Assembly (NCBI GenBank): GCA_043785125.1
Contig: JAYVXP010000212.1
Location: 923 to 64,922 of the forward strand
DNA from: Bacteroidia bacterium
Lineage (GTDB): Bacteria; Bacteroidota; Bacteroidia; Cytophagales; Cyclobacteriaceae
Reading direction: 5' to 3'
Length of the DNA: 64,000 nucleotides
Part shown: positions 9,335 to 18,055 of the stretch, in pieces
Numbering within the stretch: position 1 is the first letter of the stretch
Layout: each line of letters starts with the position of its first letter
Program-made: the position numbers and the translations under genes
Notes under the pieces: generated by a model
The model's database searches: none
The model's input: the letters and a program-made list of their open reading frames with translations, nothing else
What the model was told of the DNA's origin: nothing

Positions 9335-9364
9335 TCAGGATATTCGGGATTTACAGGGATTAAT
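9335..9364 (+). repeat. GGATT periodic array upstream of frr
   Basis: AGGAT 9337, GGGAT 9346, GGGAT 9356 (9-10 nt spacing), 16-45 nt from the frr start. Confidence 0.65.
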
Positions 9365-9412
9365 ACCAATTACAGATTCCGACTCATCAAACTTTTCTTG
9401 CAAACAGTTTTT

Positions 9413-10117
9413 TCAACTAATCAGCGTTCCCGCTTCTTCTCCTTTGGCGATTTTCAACAAGCTTCCTTTTTTGTTCATGTCAAAGACAATGATCGGTAAT
9501 TTGTTTTCCATGCACAAGGTAAACGCCGTCATGTCCATGATGTTGAGATTTTTCTCGTAGGCCTCCTGGAAAGACAACGTTTTGTAACGCACGGCGTCAG
9601 GAAATTTTTCGGGGTCTTTGGTATAAACGCCATCCACCCGCGTACCCTTCAGCACGACATCGGCTTGAATTTCAATGGCCCGTAAACTGGCCGTTGAGTC
9701 GGTCGTGAAATAAGGATTGCCGATACCCGCCCCAAAAATAACAATCCGTCCTTTTTCCAGGTGACGAATCGCCCTGCGTCGGATAAACGGTTCGCACACT
9801 TGCTCCATTTTCATTCCCGACATCAACCGGGTGTACATACCATGCCGCTCGAGCGCACTTTGCAAGGCCATGGCATTGATTACCGTGGCCAACATCCCCA
9901 TGTAGTCCCCCTGCACGCGGTCAATTCCAAGGGCTTCAGCTTGCCCTCCCCGGAAAATATTTCCACCTCCAATAACAATGGCCACCTCAATTCCCTCCTC
10001 TTTTACAGCCTTAATTTCCGAACTGTACTGCTCCAGCACGGCGGGATCAATATTACTGTGTTTCGAGCCGGTCAGCGCTTCGCCGCTGAGTTTGAGGACA
10101 ATGCGTTTGTAGTTCAT
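9413..10117 (-). CDS. pyrH: UMP kinase
   Basis: [41 protein letters not shown]. Canonical frr-pyrH adjacency. Confidence 0.95.
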   Translation of the reverse strand: MNYKRIVLKLSGEALTGSKHSNIDPAVLEQYSSEIKAVKEEGIEVAIVIGGGNIFRGGQAEALGIDRVQGDYMGMLATVINAMALQSALERHGMYTRLMSGMKMEQVCEPFIRRRAIRHLEKGRIVIFGAGIGNPYFTTDSTASLRAIEIQADVVLKGTRVDGVYTKDPEKFPDAVRYKTLSFQEAYEKNLNIMDMTAFTLCMENKLPIIVFDMNKKGSLLKIAKGEEAGTLIS

Positions 10118-10157
10118 AGAGGGGGTTTAGTGGCGGACAAAACCTCGCAAATATGAC

Positions 10158-10222
10158 TAGGATTTTTAGGATTAAAAACAGGATTTTCAGGATTTTGGAC
10201 CAGGATTTTCAGGATCGTTGAC
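10158..10222 (+). repeat. Three tandem 21-22-bp units, each holding a GGATT dyad, upstream of pyrH
   Basis: TAGGATTTTTAGGAT / CAGGATTTTCAGGAT / CAGGATTTTCAGGAT starting at 10158, 10179 and 10201. The last two 15-mers are identical. Confidence 0.8.
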
Positions 10223-10276
10223 CAAAGGAAACTTAAACTTCAAAACCTAAAAGAGAAACGATCACTCGTTGTGAAG

Positions 10277-10771
10277 TCAGAATTCCAAAAGGACCTGACC
10301 CTTTTCTACACTATCTCCCTTTTTCACTTTCACATTTTTTACGGTGCCTTCTCCCGGGCTTTTGATAATATTTTCCATTTTCATCGCCTCCAGGATGAGG
10401 AGTTGGTCTCCCTGTTTTACGCTGTCTCCTGGTTTTACTTTTAGGTCGATGATCAGACCGGGCATGGGGGCTTTGATGTTGTTGACTTTATTTCCCGCCG
10501 AAGCGTTCATGCCCATCTTTTCCAGGAGCAAATCAAATTTGTCTTTGAGTTCGACTGAATAGAGACGACCATTGATTTTGATCGTGAAAGTTTTTGTTGC
10601 TTCATCCGTTTTAACAATCTCGGCACGGTATCCTTTATGCTCATGAAGAATGTGAAAATAGCCATCGGCAATCCTCACACGATCCCAATTTAGTGGCTGA
10701 CCATTGACTACAAATCCGCCCTCTGCCGAATCAATTTCAAATTTCTTCCCATTGACCTTAGCCTGATACAT
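10277..10771 (-). CDS. Biotin carboxyl carrier / biotin-lipoyl attachment domain protein
   Basis: C-terminal biotinyl domain with the EAMKMEN motif. Start moved to the ATG at 10771 (MYQAKVNG). The 94 upstream codons of the tracked ORF overlap a riboswitch on the other strand. Confidence 0.8.
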   Translation of the reverse strand: MYQAKVNGKKFEIDSAEGGFVVNGQPLNWDRVRIADGYFHILHEHKGYRAEIVKTDEATKTFTIKINGRLYSVELKDKFDLLLEKMGMNASAGNKVNNIKAPMPGLIIDLKVKPGDSVKQGDQLLILEAMKMENIIKSPGEGTVKNVKVKKGDSVEKGQVLLEF

Positions 10772-10853
10772 ATTGTAAAAATAGAATTTAGATTCCAGAT
10801 TCCAGAGTCCCGATTCTCGTTTCTTGATTCTCGCTTCTTTTGCACTACCTTTA

Positions 10854-10941
10854 TGCCGTCGTGAGACAGGGGTGCCTAAAAAACAAGGGCTGAGATTATA
10901 CCCAATGAACCTGATGCCGGTAATGCGGACGAAGGGAGGCA
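10854..10941 (+). promoter_or_regulatory. TPP (THI-box) riboswitch aptamer
   Basis: CAGGGGTGCC..GGGCTGAGATTATACCC..GAACCTGATGCCGGTAATGCGGACGAAGGGAGGCA matches the conserved cores GGGGUGC, CUGAGA, ACCUGAU, UAAUGC and AGGGA. Possible P1 pairing TGCC(10854-10857)/GGCA(10938-10941). Ends 62 nt upstream of the receptor ATG. Confidence 0.8.
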
Positions 10942-11003
10942 AAATAAACACGTAAGTAAGGTACATTCCCCGGTGTGCCTGCGGGTTTAAAACTAGAATC
11001 ACC

Positions 11004-13451
11004 ATGTTCAAATTTATTTTGACTGGAGCATTGGGCTTGCTTTCGCTTAGCACCTGGGCTCAGTTTACTGTTTCGGGCATCGTACGCGATGCCAAAACCA
11101 AAGATGCTTTAATCCTCGCGTCGGTACAGGCAGATGGTCTCAATAAGGCGACCAGCACAGATGAACGTGGCCGATTCGAACTAAAAGGCATGCCTGTTGG
11201 TGTTTACATTTTGCGTTTCAAATTTCTGGGATACCTTGAAAAAACCGACACCGTTTCTGCCAACGGAAATGTAACGGTGGATATTTTACTCGATGAGTCG
11301 ACGCAGCTCACGGATGAGATTGTTGTTACCGCTACCCGGGCGACGGAAAAAAGCCCGACTACCTACACCACGGTGAACAAGCTTGCCATTCAGAAACAAA
11401 ACTTTGGACAGGACTTGCCTTTTATTCTTAACTGGACCCCATCCTTGGTTACCACTTCGGATGCGGGGGCCGGTGTAGGATATACAGGATTGCGTATTCG
11501 CGGAAGCGATGCCACGCGAATCAACGTTACCATCAATGGCGTTCCATTCAACGACAGTGAATCGCAAGGCGTTTATTGGGTGGATGTACCTGACATTGCC
11601 ACGTCGTCGCAAAGCATACAGATTCAGCGGGGTGTGGGAACTTCCACCAATGGGGCGGGCGCCTTTGGGGCCTCCATCAATCTGCAAACCAATACGCGAA
11701 ATGATAAACCTTATGCCGATATGATCAACTCTATTGGGTCGTTCAATACCCATCGGCATACGGTAGGATTTGGTACGGGGTTAATCAATAACAAATTTGT
11801 ATTGGATGGAAGGGCGTCTCTGATCAAATCCGATGGCTTTATTGATCGCGCTTCCTCCAACCTAAAGTCCTATTATTTCTCGGGCGGATATTATGGAAAG
11901 AAGACCATCATCAAGGCGATCGTTTTTGGCGGCAATGAAGTGACTTACCAAAGCTGGAACGGGGTACCCGAATCGCGACTAAAGAATGACGTCAATGGCA
12001 TGATGGCGACTGCTTCGGCGGAGGGTTGGGATGCTAAGCAAACCAGTAATTTATTGAATTCAGGCAGGACCTTCAATGCTTATACATACAAGAATCAGGT
12101 AGATAATTACAGTCAGGACAATTATCAACTTCATTTTTTACACCAATTTAATTCCGCGCTCACCGCCAATGTGGCGGCTCATTATACGTACGGACGTGGC
12201 TACTACGAAGAATATAAAGACTCAGCGAAATTTGCAGACTATGGTGTTTCCAATCCGATCATTGGCGCCGACACCGTCAAGAAATCCGATCTTGTGCGAA
12301 GGCTTTGGCTGAATAATAATTTTTACGGCACGACCTATTCATTGAAATACGATAAAGACAAACTTATCTCAATGTTGGGCGGCGGATGGAATCATTATCA
12401 AGGGGACCACTATGGAGAAATTGCCTGGGCAAAAATTGCACTGACTACGCCAAAAGATTATCGTTACTACTTGAACCGTGGAAGCAAGTATGATTTTAAT
12501 GTATTCTGGAAAAACAACTATGAGCTGACAGATAAATTAAACGGCTTTGTCGACTTGCAATACCGGAGAGTCACCTATCATGCCGGGGGAACTGAGGACA
12601 CCGCTTTTGATTTTAAGGTGATGTATGATTTCTTCAATCCAAAATTTGGTTTGACCTACGAATTGGCACCCAACAATCAACTTTACGCCTCGTACAGTGT
12701 GGGCAACCGGGAACCCATTCGGGAAGATTTTGTGAATGCGCCGGTTGGGGGGAAACCCAAGCATGAAACCCTGCACGACATTGAAGCCGGGTGGAGGGTA
12801 CGCAACAGTAAATATGCACTCAACATTAATTACTATCGGATGGACTATAAAAATCAGCTCGTGCTTACGGGAAAACTGAATAATGTCGGGTCAGCGCTGC
12901 GTACCAACGTTGACAACAGTTTTCGCGAAGGAATTGAAATAGACGGAGGAATTAAGTTGGGGTCTAAGTTTACCTGGAATGCCAATCTTACCCTAAGCCG
13001 CAATAAAATTCGCAACTTTACCGAGGTACTGTACGATTATGGTGTCAATTATGATCAGTATCTGATCGTCGAGAAAACGCACCATAACACGGATATTTCA
13101 TTTTCGCCGAGCGTGATCTCGGGCTCATCATTTAGTTATTTTCCCATTCGTGCGCTGGACATTACTTTGCTGGCAAAATATGTGGGCTTGCAATTCCTGG
13201 ACAATAATTCGGATCCGGGAAGGAAGATTGATGCCTATTTTATTAATGATCTGCGGTTCCGATACACCTTAAAGCCACAGGGAATAAGGGAAATTTCTTT
13301 GGGTATTTTAGTCAATAATATACTGGATGCAAAATATTCTTCCAATGGTTATACGTATGGCTATTTCGGAGGGGGATCGGAGGTGAGACAGAATTATTAT
13401 TACCCTCAGGCCGGAAGAAATTTTCTGATCATGATGACGATTCGATTGTAG
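11004..13451 (+). CDS. TonB-dependent receptor with N-terminal carboxypeptidase-regulatory-like domain
   Basis: 815 aa. Signal peptide, CarboxypepD_reg (TVSGIVRDAKTKDALILASVQ), plug region (DEIVVTATRATEKSP..), long beta-barrel with Y/F-rich strands. Confidence 0.9.
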   Translation: MFKFILTGALGLLSLSTWAQFTVSGIVRDAKTKDALILASVQADGLNKATSTDERGRFELKGMPVGVYILRFKFLGYLEKTDTVSANGNVTVDILLDESTQLTDEIVVTATRATEKSPTTYTTVNKLAIQKQNFGQDLPFILNWTPSLVTTSDAGAGVGYTGLRIRGSDATRINVTINGVPFNDSESQGVYWVDVPDIATSSQSIQIQRGVGTSTNGAGAFGASINLQTNTRNDKPYADMINSIGSFNTHRHTVGFGTGLINNKFVLDGRASLIKSDGFIDRASSNLKSYYFSGGYYGKKTIIKAIVFGGNEVTYQSWNGVPESRLKNDVNGMMATASAEGWDAKQTSNLLNSGRTFNAYTYKNQVDNYSQDNYQLHFLHQFNSALTANVAAHYTYGRGYYEEYKDSAKFADYGVSNPIIGADTVKKSDLVRRLWLNNNFYGTTYSLKYDKDKLISMLGGGWNHYQGDHYGEIAWAKIALTTPKDYRYYLNRGSKYDFNVFWKNNYELTDKLNGFVDLQYRRVTYHAGGTEDTAFDFKVMYDFFNPKFGLTYELAPNNQLYASYSVGNREPIREDFVNAPVGGKPKHETLHDIEAGWRVRNSKYALNINYYRMDYKNQLVLTGKLNNVGSALRTNVDNSFREGIEIDGGIKLGSKFTWNANLTLSRNKIRNFTEVLYDYGVNYDQYLIVEKTHHNTDISFSPSVISGSSFSYFPIRALDITLLAKYVGLQFLDNNSDPGRKIDAYFINDLRFRYTLKPQGIREISLGILVNNILDAKYSSNGYTYGYFGGGSEVRQNYYYPQAGRNFLIMMTIRL

Positions 13452-13493
13452 TGGCCGTAGCAAAGTGTATGTGCTGATTCTTACCTTTGCAGC

Positions 13494-14348
13494 ATGTCCC
13501 AGCAACCGATGCAGCCCTTTACTTTTTCCGCTTTGCTGCGACTTACCCGGTTTTGGAACCTGGTGATCATCGCCTTTTCACAATACGCAACAGCAGGTTT
13601 GCTGATGGGACTTCAACACCTCCGGGACTACCGGCTTTTATTGCTTTCTTCTTCTACCGTACTCATCGCCGCCGCCGGATATATTATCAATGATTATTAC
13701 GACATCAAAATCGACTTAATCAACAAGCCGGAGCGGGTGGTGATTGGCAAAAGCATCACCCGCCGGTATGCCATTCTATTCCATACTATGCTTTCTTTTT
13801 TGGGTGTGGGTATTGGCATTTTTCTCAATTGGAAAATAGGGCTTATTAATTTTCTGTCCGCTTTTCTCCTTTGGTGGTATTCCAATAGCCTCAAGCGCCA
13901 GCCTTTTGTGGGGAACCTTACGGTGGGCATCCTCACGGGTCTTTCGATCGAATTGGTGAATGTCTTCTATGAGGTCAACAATCATTTAGTGATCATCTAC
14001 GCCATTTTCGCTTTTTTCATGACACTGGTACGGGAGATTATTAAAGACATGGAGGACTTAAAGGGAGACAATACCTTTGGCTGCAAAACGCTGCCCATTA
14101 TTTGGGGTCTTCGAAAAACAAAAGTGTTAGTCTACTTATTGCTATTTGTATTCAGTGTTTTGGTGATCGTACTGAACCAACTGATGGTGAGTATGCCGAT
14201 TTATTACTTCATTGTATTCCTCTTCTTACCCCTGGGCTGGCTGCTGCTGAAATTAAGCCGAGCTGACACGATCCGGGATTTTTATCAACTTAGCCTATTT
14301 TGTAAAGTGATCATGCTGTTGGGGATCTTGAGCATGGCCTTTGTGTAA
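13494..14348 (+). CDS. UbiA-family prenyltransferase
   Basis: Polytopic membrane protein with the first Asp-rich motif NDYYDIKID and the second DMEDLKGD. Confidence 0.85.
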   Translation: MSQQPMQPFTFSALLRLTRFWNLVIIAFSQYATAGLLMGLQHLRDYRLLLLSSSTVLIAAAGYIINDYYDIKIDLINKPERVVIGKSITRRYAILFHTMLSFLGVGIGIFLNWKIGLINFLSAFLLWWYSNSLKRQPFVGNLTVGILTGLSIELVNVFYEVNNHLVIIYAIFAFFMTLVREIIKDMEDLKGDNTFGCKTLPIIWGLRKTKVLVYLLLFVFSVLVIVLNQLMVSMPIYYFIVFLFLPLGWLLLKLSRADTIRDFYQLSLFCKVIMLLGILSMAFV

Positions 14349-14448
14349 TTCACGAAAATCTTTCCGTTCTTTACGAACGACCTCACGCAAAGGCCGCAAA
14401 GTTTTTTCGCAAGGGACTAAATGAAATTGAGGTTTCTAGTTATCAACA

Positions 14449-15036
14449 ATGTCTTCTCCGTTACGCAAAACACCCCACATCGCCGTTTTTGCCTCCGGCA
14501 ATGGCTCCAATGCAGGAGAGATTTTCAAGTATTTCCAACAACACCCATCTGTCAAAGTGAATCTCTTGTTGAGCAATAACCCGAAGGCATATGTTCTGGA
14601 GCGGGCTAAACCATTTGACATTCCTTCAAAAATTTTCAACCGGTACCAATTTATGGAGAGCGACGAGGTTTTGAATTGGTTAAAGGAATATCAGGTGACC
14701 CATCTCGTATTGGCCGGATTTCTTTGGCTGCTTCCACACAATATACTGACAGAATTTCCTGACCGAATCATCAACATTCATCCAGCACTGCTGCCCAAAT
14801 TCGGAGGTAAGGGCATGTATGGAATGAAAGTGCATGCAAGCGTGAAATCGTCAGGAGAAAATGAGACCGGTATTACGATTCACCTGGTGAATCAAAAGTA
14901 TGATGAAGGGAAAATCCTGTTTCAGGCAAAATGCCCGCTAAATATTGAGGATTCAGCTGAACAGATAGCGGTCAAAGTAAATCAACTTGAGCGTGCATAT
15001 TATCCGAGGGTAATTGAGCAGTGGATTAACGGATGA
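14449..15036 (+). CDS. purN: Phosphoribosylglycinamide formyltransferase
   Basis: IAVFASGNGSN, VLAGFLWLLP, NIHPALLPKFGG, ETGITIHLV. Confidence 0.9.
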   Translation: MSSPLRKTPHIAVFASGNGSNAGEIFKYFQQHPSVKVNLLLSNNPKAYVLERAKPFDIPSKIFNRYQFMESDEVLNWLKEYQVTHLVLAGFLWLLPHNILTEFPDRIINIHPALLPKFGGKGMYGMKVHASVKSSGENETGITIHLVNQKYDEGKILFQAKCPLNIEDSAEQIAVKVNQLERAYYPRVIEQWING

Positions 15037-15057
15037 GCTCGCTAAATGAATTCCATG

Positions 15058-15516
15058 TCACAGCCCCGGACCTTGCTTGCGCGGGATCAATTCATAATCA
15101 GGCGTTTTGGGGAATGAAGCAAAAATCCGTTGTACCAATTCATTGGGAACAACCAATTTGCGTTTGATCAGATCCATCCATGCGCCGTCAATGTTGAGGC
15201 TGGCAACAATCGTTCCGTCTTCTTTGATAAAATGATGACGTAAACTCCACCGCGCGAAATCCGCTGTTGATTTTACTAAAACGACATCCACGGTAATTTT
15301 GTCATCCAACCGGATTTCGCGCTTGAAGATCGCCTCTTCGCGAAACAGGATGGGGCCGATTTCGAACTCTTCGAGTTTCTTGAGGGTAAGACCGCTATCG
15401 CTAAAAACCATGATGCGCATGGCAGCGCCGTAATCGTAATAAGCCGAATGACGAAGATGTCGGTTGGCGTCCATATCTGACCACCTAATTTGAATTGTAC
15501 GCGAGAAGTCTTCCAT
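15058..15516 (-). CDS. Acyl-CoA thioesterase (hotdog fold, 4HBT-like)
   Basis: 152 aa. N-terminus IQIRWSDMDANRHLRHSAYYDY is typical of YbgC/4HBT thioesterases. Confidence 0.7.
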   Translation of the reverse strand: MEDFSRTIQIRWSDMDANRHLRHSAYYDYGAAMRIMVFSDSGLTLKKLEEFEIGPILFREEAIFKREIRLDDKITVDVVLVKSTADFARWSLRHHFIKEDGTIVASLNIDGAWMDLIKRKLVVPNELVQRIFASFPKTPDYELIPRKQGPGL

Positions 15517-15522
15517 ATTTAA

Positions 15523-16713
15523 TCAGGGTGTATTCACCTCATTAAACCCGTCTGTATTTTCCGTCCAGCTCATGGGGTATTTTGGATCAATAAATTCCAA
15601 CGCATCGGTAGTTGGCCAAAGAGGGTGGAAGGTATCGATCATAACAGCTAGCTCGTGCGTTTCTTTTGCTCCGATACTTTTTTCCACGGTTCCGGGATGT
15701 GGGCCATGAGGAATTCCGCCGGGATGCAATGTAAATGAACCCCGTTCAATTCCTTTCCGACTCATGAAATTTCCCTCCGCATAATAAAGGACTTCATCTG
15801 AGTCGATGTTGCTGTGATTGTACGGAGCTGGTATTGACAATGGATGATAATCGAACAAGCGCGGCACAAACGAGCAGATAACAAAATTGCGCCCTTGAAA
15901 GGTTTGGTGGACAGGAGGTGGTTGATGAATTCGGCCCGTGATGGGCTCAAATTCATGTATGGAAAAAGCATAGGGCCACAGAAAACCATCCCATCCGATA
16001 AGGTCCAATGGGCTGAAGTCGTAAAGGTAATGATGAAGGTATCCTTGTTTTTTAATTTTCATGAGAAATTCGCCCTTGCTGGTATCCGTCACCAACTCAT
16101 ACGGTGGTCGAATATCACGTTCGCAGTACGGTGCATGTTCAAGCAGTTGACCGAGTTGGTTGCGATAGCGTTTTACGGTCTCTACGGGAGATGTCGATTC
16201 AATGATCAGCAATCGCAAGGGCCCTTCTTCAAATTCCAGTTTGTAGATCACCGTGCGTGGAATGACAACATAGTCGCCTTGACGGATTTCAAGTTTTCCA
16301 AACTGTGATATCAACGTTCCTTTGCCGTCGTGCACAAATAACACTTCATCTCCTTCGGCATTTTTATAAAAGTAATCCATCTTCCTTCGGCGGGGTGAAC
16401 AGATTGAAATCGAACAATCACTATTCATGAGCAGCACTTTCCGCGCACTTAAATAATCCTCACCGGTGATCGTTACTTTGGACGTATTCAAGTGTGTATG
16501 GCGCAGGGAATAGTCTGTTGTTTTTGTAGGGCCATACGGAACCGCTTCCTTTAAGGATTTGATTCGGGTCGGTGGATGGATATGATATAAATTAGAATAA
16601 ATTCCAGAAAATCCTTCTGAGCTAACTAATTCCTCTTTGTACAAACTTCCATCCGGTTGACGGAATTGTGTGTGGCGTTTTGGGGGTATCTTTCCAAGCC
16701 GATGGTAATACAT
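15523..16713 (-). CDS. hmgA: Homogentisate 1,2-dioxygenase
   Basis: MYYHRLGKIPPKRHTQF.., HPGGIPHGPHPG. Start moved to the ATG at 16713. The first 55 tracked codons run through the divergent promoter and into the rocD start. Confidence 0.9.
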   Translation of the reverse strand: MYYHRLGKIPPKRHTQFRQPDGSLYKEELVSSEGFSGIYSNLYHIHPPTRIKSLKEAVPYGPTKTTDYSLRHTHLNTSKVTITGEDYLSARKVLLMNSDCSISICSPRRRKMDYFYKNAEGDEVLFVHDGKGTLISQFGKLEIRQGDYVVIPRTVIYKLEFEEGPLRLLIIESTSPVETVKRYRNQLGQLLEHAPYCERDIRPPYELVTDTSKGEFLMKIKKQGYLHHYLYDFSPLDLIGWDGFLWPYAFSIHEFEPITGRIHQPPPVHQTFQGRNFVICSFVPRLFDYHPLSIPAPYNHSNIDSDEVLYYAEGNFMSRKGIERGSFTLHPGGIPHGPHPGTVEKSIGAKETHELAVMIDTFHPLWPTTDALEFIDPKYPMSWTENTDGFNEVNTP

Positions 16714-16792
16714 GCGTGTTGATTTTTGATGCGAAGTAAAGTTATGAAACTTACGGTTCATGTGAGCGGCAATAGCTATCTTTGTCGTTCCT

Positions 16793-18055
16793 ATGAATGC
16801 AAAAGAGATTCTTATTGTGGAAATGGTAGCCAACGGAAGCGATGCTATTTTGCTTGAAGAAAAGTTTGGGGCCCACAACTACCATCCACTACCTGTGGTG
16901 CTCAGCAAAGGCGAAGGTGCTTTTGTTTGGGATGTATCTGGGAGGCGATATTATGATTTTCTTTCCGCATACAGCGCAGTAAACCAGGGACATTGTCACC
17001 CCAGAATTGTCAACGCATTAATCCACCAGGCTAAAGAACTCACCCTCACTTCGCGCGCGTTTTATAACGACAAACTTGGCCTTGCGGAGAAATATGTTTG
17101 TGAAACATTTGGCTATGCAAAAGCGCTTTTCATGAACAGCGGGGCTGAGGCAAATGAAACTGCGATCAAACTCGCACGCAAATGGGGATATACCAAAAAA
17201 GGAATTGCGGAAAATCAGGCCGTGATTGTGGCGGTGAAACATAATTTTCATGGCCGCACCACGACAATTATTTCCGCGTCCTCGGATGATTCGGCAAGAA
17301 AGGATTTTGGGCCTTTTATGCCAGGTTTTGAAATCATTGATTACAACAACATTCCAGCGTTGGAGCAGGCGCTTAGCAATCCCAATGTATGTGGATTATG
17401 GATAGAACCCATCCAGGGGGAAGCGGGAGTATATATTCCCGATGAAGGATACTTAAAAGCTGCTGAGCGACTTTGCCATCGCAATAAAGTGCTTCTGATG
17501 ATGGATGAAATACAAACCGGTATCGGCCGTACAGGAAAGATGCTCGCATCGGACTATGAAAATGTCCGTGCTGATTTATTGATCTTGGGAAAAGCGTTAT
17601 CGGGGGGAATGATGCCTATTTCTTTGGTGCTCGCCGATGATGATGTGATGCTGGTATTGAAGCCGGGCGAACATGGTTCAACGTTTGGAGGGAATCCCCT
17701 CGCCGCTGCGATTGTGATCGAAGCGCTGAAAGTGATAAAAGAGGAAAAACTTGCTGAAAATGCTTTCCAACTTGGAAATCTTTTCCGTGAACGAATGAAA
17801 TTGTTGATTCAGAAAACAAGTCTTGTAACCCAGGTTCGTGGCAAAGGTTTATTAAATGCCATCGTTATTAATGACACACCCGAAAGTGATACAGCCTGGA
17901 ATCTGTGTTTGATGTTTGCGGAGAAGGGACTTTTGGCAAAGCCCACGCATGGAAATATTATTCGGCTTGCGCCTCCGCTGGTTATTAATGAAGAACAACT
18001 GCATGAATGCTGCGACATCATTGAGCAGTGTATTTTGAATTTTGAAAAATTATGA
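16793..18055 (+). CDS. rocD: Ornithine--oxo-acid aminotransferase
   Basis: [45 protein letters not shown]. Class-III aminotransferase with PLP-Lys context [10 protein letters not shown]. Confidence 0.88.
   Translation: MNAKEILIVEMVANGSDAILLEEKFGAHNYHPLPVVLSKGEGAFVWDVSGRRYYDFLSAYSAVNQGHCHPRIVNALIHQAKELTLTSRAFYNDKLGLAEKYVCETFGYAKALFMNSGAEANETAIKLARKWGYTKKGIAENQAVIVAVKHNFHGRTTTIISASSDDSARKDFGPFMPGFEIIDYNNIPALEQALSNPNVCGLWIEPIQGEAGVYIPDEGYLKAAERLCHRNKVLLMMDEIQTGIGRTGKMLASDYENVRADLLILGKALSGGMMPISLVLADDDVMLVLKPGEHGSTFGGNPLAAAIVIEALKVIKEEKLAENAFQLGNLFRERMKLLIQKTSLVTQVRGKGLLNAIVINDTPESDTAWNLCLMFAEKGLLAKPTHGNIIRLAPPLVINEEQLHECCDIIEQCILNFEKL

Noticed and set aside
10158-10222. CRISPR-array interpretation of the GGATT tandem arrays
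   Set aside because: The repeat period is only 8-13 nt (21-22 nt for the super-unit). There are no 25-40-nt unique spacers, at most 3-6 units per locus, and no cas genes in the window.
10772-11053. N-terminal 94 codons of the tracked 258-aa minus-strand ORF (biotin-carrier gene)
   Set aside because: The extension has no domain, overlaps the start of the TonB-receptor gene and is antisense to a well-formed TPP riboswitch. The biotinyl-domain protein starts naturally at the ATG at 10771.
16714-16878. N-terminal 55 codons of the tracked hmgA ORF
   Set aside because: They overlap the rocD start on the other strand. The homogentisate dioxygenase homology begins at MYYHRLGKIPPKRHTQF (ATG 16713).
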